In this document: positions 57,469 to 64,000 of the stretch, one piece after another
Layout of the letters: each line of letters begins with the position of its first letter
Position numbering within the stretch: the first letter of the stretch is position 1
Assembly: GCF_009914755.1 (NCBI RefSeq)
Contig: NC_060935.1
Direction: 5' to 3' (one strand)
Source of the DNA: the human T2T-CHM13v2.0 reference genome, Homo sapiens
DNA length: 64,000 nt
The notes under the pieces: model-generated
Database searches by the model: none
The model's input: only the letters and a program-made list of their open reading frames with translations
Told to the model about the DNA's origin: nothing
Made by a program: the position numbers and the translations under genes

Positions 57469-58512
57469 TCAAGCATGCTAGATATTTATAAGTCCTAGTT
57501 ATCCTTGACTATGTAAAACCCAGTATTATCATACATTAAATATCAGACACATATTACATGTAGCAATCAATCTTAAATGAAGACTGAAGACTTAGATGGC
57601 AGCAAGGAAACTTAAATTTACGCAATTATGATTCGTGATTCCAACTTTTCAAGGGGATTAAGGATGCTATGACTGAAGACTCTAATCCCTGTAAATACCC
57701 AGGGCTCGCCTCACTCCTTCTTCCCTCTGTCAGCCCTTGTTTATTTCCTTCAGAATACTTGTTTCAGTCTAAATTTCAATATTTATCAAATACCTATACT
57801 CCCCACTGGAATAAACTCCATAAGGAGACCATAAGAACACCTATGTCTACCTTTGTATCCCAACATCTAATGAGTCTTCAATAAATATTTGCTAGATGAA
57901 CAAACATCTTCATAGGTAAGGGTTGAAACACACAGTCACAATCAAGAAATAGCTCCACAACGTCTGATGGGAATATTTCTGACCTCAGAAAAAAACACGG
58001 TACCAAAACAACACACAATGAAGAAAAAAATTTAGGTAGAGAAGTGAAGATTATTAACCCTAAGAGCAGAGGGAGAGACAAAAAATAAGTCAGAAAAGAA
58101 ATAGAAGGAGGATGGGTGCTGTGGCTCATGCATGTAATCACAGAACTTTGACAGGCCAAGTTGGGCAGATGACTTGAGGTCAGGGGTTCAAGACCAGCCT
58201 GGCCAACATGGTGAAACCTGGTCTCTACTAAAAATACAAAATTAGCTGGGCCTGGTGGCACGTGTCTGTAATCCCAGCTACTCAGGAAGCTGAGGAGGGG
58301 GAATCACTTGAACCTGGGAGGCGCAGGTTGCAATGAGCCAAGATAGCGCAGCTGCACTCCAGCCTGGATGACAGAGCAAGACTCCATCTCAAAAAAAATA
58401 AACAGAAAGTAGCAAGTTGCCCAAGAACTTAAATAACATCTGTTCATTGTTGTTGTAAAATAGCATGGAAGTTAACAATTGAAGAGTACTTTATCCTTTT
58501 AAAGCATTTTCA

Positions 58513-58832
<320 letters not shown>

Positions 58833-59658
58833 TCAAAAAAAAAAAAAAAAAAGTATTATGATGGATGTTTTACTTTTCCATTCTTTAAATACAGACTCAG
58901 AAAAGCATTCAAAGCCTTTGATTTCAATCACAGCTCTACTATACCTACTGTGTGATCTTGGTTAAATTATTTACTGTCACTGGGCTTCAACAAAAAAATG
59001 GAAAAATAGTATCTCTATGGGGAAATTAACATCTACTCTAAAGGACTCTTATAAGTAATAAATGAAATAACACATGTAAAGAACATGACACAGTAAATGC
59101 TCAATAAAGGACATTAACCTTCCCTACAGCCTCCTTAAATAATTTGTACAAGACTTCTCAGGTAGTAAACCTAGGGCTTAAACCCAGATCTCCTGATTAC
59201 TTAATCTATTTTCTCCTTACATTACATTGGCAGGCTGCCACATACTACTGGACACATAAATACATGCTGACAATAACTAATCATAAAATTTTTATCCATC
59301 AGTAACTAATTTTAGCTGTGCAAAAAAAAATTGATCACATTAACTTGGGGGAGCCTGAAAAGATAAAATATAAATGACCCCAAACCACAGGACAGGCTGT
59401 ACCACAGCATTTCTATACAAACAGAAATTAAGACACTGAAAGCTCTCTCTGAGTTTATGAGGAACAATTGGAGAATGAAACAAGAATGACTGTGATTAAA
59501 GGAACCTAAGTTTTTTTGGGGTAAACCAAACCACTGGGCAAAAAAATGCGGATTCCACTCCAAAATAACTCTACCAAGGCTGAGGCATATCTTAGAAAAA
59601 GACACCTCTCTGTGCTAACAACAAAACATTTTCTCTTATTCCTTTAAGAGTGAGATAA

Positions 59659-59886
<228 letters not shown>

Positions 59887-62023
59887 TAGCCAGGATGGTC
59901 TCAATCTCCTGACCTCATGATCCACCCACCTTCGCCTCCCAAAGTGCTGGGATTACAGGTGTGAGCCACCGCGCCCGGTCTAAAAATTGTCAACTTAAAC
60001 AGACAACATTCACCAATATGCTTGAGGACCAAAATGTTTGGATTTGATATTAATAAGCACCATAAAGCTACATGATCAAAACAAAAGTTTTATAAGTTTC
60101 CTAACACATATTGAAAATATTGTGAAAATTATACAGTATAAAAATGTATGGCCGAGCGAGGTGGCTCATGCCTGTAATCCCAGCACTTTGGGAGGCCGAG
60201 GTGGGCAGATCACAAGGTCAGGAGATAGAGACCATCCTGGCCAACACGGTGAAACCCCATTTCTACTAAAATACAAAAAATTAGCTGGGTGCGGTGGTGC
60301 GCACCTGTAGTCCACTTGAACCCAGGAGGCAGAGGCTGCAGTGAGCCAAGATTGCGCCACTGCCTGCAGCCTGGTGACAGAGCAAGACTCCATCTCAAAA
60401 AAAAAATTAATTTAAAAAAATGTAAGCCAGGTGCATGCACCTGTAGTTCCAGCTATTGGGGAGGGCTACTTGAGCCCAGGAGTTTTGAGTCCAGCCTGAG
60501 CAACATAGGGAGACCTCATCTCTTCAGGAAAAAAAAAAAATTAAATTACTACTTTATTAATAAAAATAATCAATTGTTTTCTAACGATATACAAAACTAA
60601 TCTTTTTCAAGTGATATACATAACTCTGTTCCAGCTTAAGTTCTAGAAGTTCAAATCTTTAATCATCTCCAAGAACTTTCTTACTAAAAGACAGAATTCA
60701 GTCACATTCTGAACCCGTCCAGTTTTTAAAGGAAATGTCAACAGAGAACCCAATCTAACATTGACAGAACACCACAAGATTTAACCAAGTAAGTTAAAAG
60801 CTGAGTGAAAATACAAAAAATTAGCCGGGCATGGTGGCACACGCCTGTAATCCCAGCTACGCAAGGAGGGCTGAGGCAGGAGAATTGCTTCAATCCGGGA
60901 AGTGGAGGTTGCAGTGAACTGAGATCGTGCCACTGCACTCAAGCCTGGGCGGCAGAGTGAGACTCCATCTCAAAAAAAAAAAAAAAGAAAAACAAAAAGA
61001 AAAAAAGCTGAATGAACTTCTATCACAAAGCATGAGATAAGTTGATTAAGTTGATAAGCTCTATCCCTGTAACCTCCCATCAACACCACCAAATTTCTTG
61101 GCCTCAATTCAACTTAAGCCTCTGCCAATTATTTCCTGCAGAAACATAATAAAATATTCCTAAGATTGCTTCATGACACTCACAGCAATTTCCATTTGTT
61201 ATTTAGCATTCATTAGGAGCCAATGAGATAGTCCTTATAACTCTAAATTCTACGCAGAACTTATCAATTCCCAGTGGACAATGTTGCTTTCTTCTCTACA
61301 TTCTTTCCTCTGATATACATTCTCTTCTACCATAAAAACTTTTTCAAAAATGCACATTCTTAGCTTAACTTCCCAATCTAGATTCTCCATAAAGATAGTC
61401 TGGTGGCTCTTCATTAATCCCCTTCTGGGAGCACTGAGGTCGTGTAACTAGGAAATTGCTTATGATTAAGGGCCCTTCATTTAAATCTTGCTGACCTCAC
61501 ACAAAAAATTAAAGGAACAGTAATCTTTCCAAAACTCACATGAGAATACTAAAATAGTGGGAGAATGTGGCCTTGTACAGTTTCCACTCAAGGACTAGGA
61601 ACTGAATCTCTGCACCCTTAAAACCACTCTCTTAGCCGGGCGCGGTGGCTCATACCTGTAATCCCAGCACTTTGGGAGGCCAAGGCAGGTGGATCACGAG
61701 GTCAGGGGTTTAAGACCAGCCTGGCCGAGATGGTAAAACACCATCTCTACTAAAAATACAATAAATTAGCTGGGCGTGGTGGCGACGCCTGTAATCCCAG
61801 CTACTCAGGAGGCTGAGGCAGAGAATTGCTTGAACCTGGGAGGCGGAGAAGTTTGCAGTGAGCCGAGATCGCACCACTGCACTCCAGCCTGGGGGACAAA
61901 GCAAGACTCCGTCTCAAAAAACACACACACAAAAAAACGCTCTCTTACTGATTCTACATACTTTGGAAACTTATCCAACCCAGAATGACCTCAAGACTGA
62001 TTTTTTTTTTTTTTTTTTTTTGA

Positions 62024-62182
<159 letters not shown>

Positions 62183-62473
62183 TAGGTTTCTCCACGTTAG
62201 TCAGGCTGGTCTCGAATTTCCGACCTCAGGTGATCCACCTGCCTTGGCCTCCCAAAGTGCTGGGATTACAGGAGTGAGCCACTGCGCCCGACAGGCTGAA
62301 TTTTTTTTTTTCCAAGAATGAAGTGACACAAATTAGGATCATGGTACTGAATCCGATGAAAATAACAGACTTAGTCCCCAGACTTTCCAAGCTGGGAAGG
62401 AAAAGGGAACCACAAAGGAGTTCCCAAAGCGTTAACCTTTCATTTAAATATCTCAATATTTGAATGATTTCTA

Positions 62474-62924
<451 letters not shown>

Positions 62925-63005
62925 CTACTAGACTCTAACCTCTAACCACAAACACCATAGTTATAAGATTTCCAAAGAGGCTGGGGAGAAGGAGGATAAA
63001 TCAAC

Positions 63006-63100
63006 CAGGAAACAATGTAGACAACAAGGTTATCAGGAAACAAAGTAGACAACAAGGTTATCAGGAAACAAAGTAGACAACAAGGTTATCAAGAAACAAA
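63006..63100. repeat. 28-bp minisatellite, ~3.4 copies (caggaaacaaagtagacaacaaggttat)
   Basis: Units start at 63006, 63034 and 63062, with a partial unit at 63090. Confidence 0.95.
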
Positions 63101-63519
63101 AAGAAACTGTCATTGCTACACTAGTTAAAATGATACAGACTTTGAAAAGCAAAACAGCCAAGAAACCACATGGTTCCTTTACTTCTGAAGCCTCTTGTGA
63201 CAGGATCTATATTCCTAACAGTCTATATTCCTAGGAAAATTGGGATCACAGACGATCAAACAATAACTCACTGTTTTCATAACTTGACTGGTAAGTGGGG
63301 GGAAGGGAATTGGTAAACGACAAAAAGTGACTTACAGTGAATTTAATGATCTGTTGGGGATATGTGGGGAAGTCACGTCCCAGACATCAGCCTCAGTTTA
63401 CCCACCCAGAAAAAGGCGAGAACATAACACTTCGCTCAGAAGAGCCAGAGGGCCTTGTTCCATAAGCCTCCACCTACTCAAAGGTCCCTTCAAAGGCTGG
63501 ACTCAGTAGGGGTCCCCAG

Positions 63520-64000
63520 TGCAATTGAGGCATGACACCCGGAGACTTCGGGGTGGGGGGAAAAGGAGAAAGGAAGGAGGGTCAAAGTGCGCAAAGCTCT
63601 ATCGGTTCCTGGAAAGCCATTTTCGCCACACACTGGGGGTGCCCTAGACCCAACATCTCCTCCCTAAAGAACCACACCGGGAAGCCCCAGCAACTCTCCC
63701 TCCTTTCGGCTTCTCCCTCGGTTCCGGGCTGCCCCTCCGGCCGCGCCCCTCAACGCAGTCCGGTAGCCCCTCCTCTGGCAGTGTCACGGCGGCCGGCCAG
63801 CCTGCCCACCCGCCGGCGCCAAGGTCTTCTCAACCCCGCGGCGGAAGGATGCCGGGCTGGGCCTCCCAGGCTCCTCCTGGGCCTACCTGCAAGGCAGACG
63901 GGAGCTCGGTTTGCAGTCCAGCGAACGGGCTGAGCCACAGGGAAAAAGAAAGAGGAGACAGGAATAAAGGAAGGGGTCCGTTCTACCGACCGGCAGGAGA
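63520..64000. promoter_or_regulatory. AMBRA1: CpG-island / promoter-proximal region of AMBRA1, with GAS-type TTCCTGGAA (63606-63614) and YY1-like GCCATTTT (63616-63623)
   Basis: Sharp rise in GC and CpG content relative to the rest of the window; motifs read directly, function not shown. Confidence 0.75.
63887..64000 (-). other. AMBRA1: AMBRA1 non-coding first exon (5' UTR), continuing beyond the window edge
   Basis: Minus-strand CAG|GTAGGC donor (GT at 63886-63885) inside the only CpG-rich block of the window; no ATG in the visible part; exon 2 begins with an acceptor, so an upstream exon is required. Confidence 0.75.

Noticed and set aside
63006-63100. 28-bp repeats as a CRISPR-like array
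   Set aside because: Head-to-tail units without spacers in a primate intron; ordinary minisatellite.
63372-63381. gtcacgtccc as a TFEB CLEAR element
   Set aside because: Lacks the full CACGTG E-box; only a partial match.
63532-63938. ORFs of 133 aa (+) and 62 aa (-) in the CpG island
   Set aside because: Low stop frequency in GC-rich DNA; no homology; the minus-strand ORF starts at GTG and crosses the exon 1 donor.

Overview
Human (hominoid) genomic DNA containing the 5' part of AMBRA1 (autophagy/beclin-1 regulator; DCAF substrate receptor of CRL4-DDB1) on the minus strand. The window holds the GC/CpG-rich first exon at the right edge (donor 63886), a ~45-kb Alu-saturated intron 1, coding exons 2-7 (codons 1-691; 18555 down to 11999) and the first 12 kb of intron 7. 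Nearly all other ORFs in the track are Alu or L1 artefacts. Most notable observations: (1) two independently inserted, inverted L1PA2/L1PA3-like fragments share a 450-bp tract of 100% identity with non-consensus variants, suggesting gene conversion and a substrate for a 9.4-kb inversion; (2) a hydrophobic 31-codon uORF lies in frame with the AMBRA1 start, separated from it by a single UGA-C; (3) a 270-nt in-frame exitron in exon 7 toggles a Pro-rich motif and a Cys cluster; (4) an intron-1 cluster of ISRE/GAS/ETS motifs overlaps a well-formed 84-nt cryptic exon; (5) a TSD-less SVA tail is fused to an Alu, and there are several templated local duplications. Repeat coordinates are by eye and approximate, and subfamily calls rest on remembered consensus sequences.
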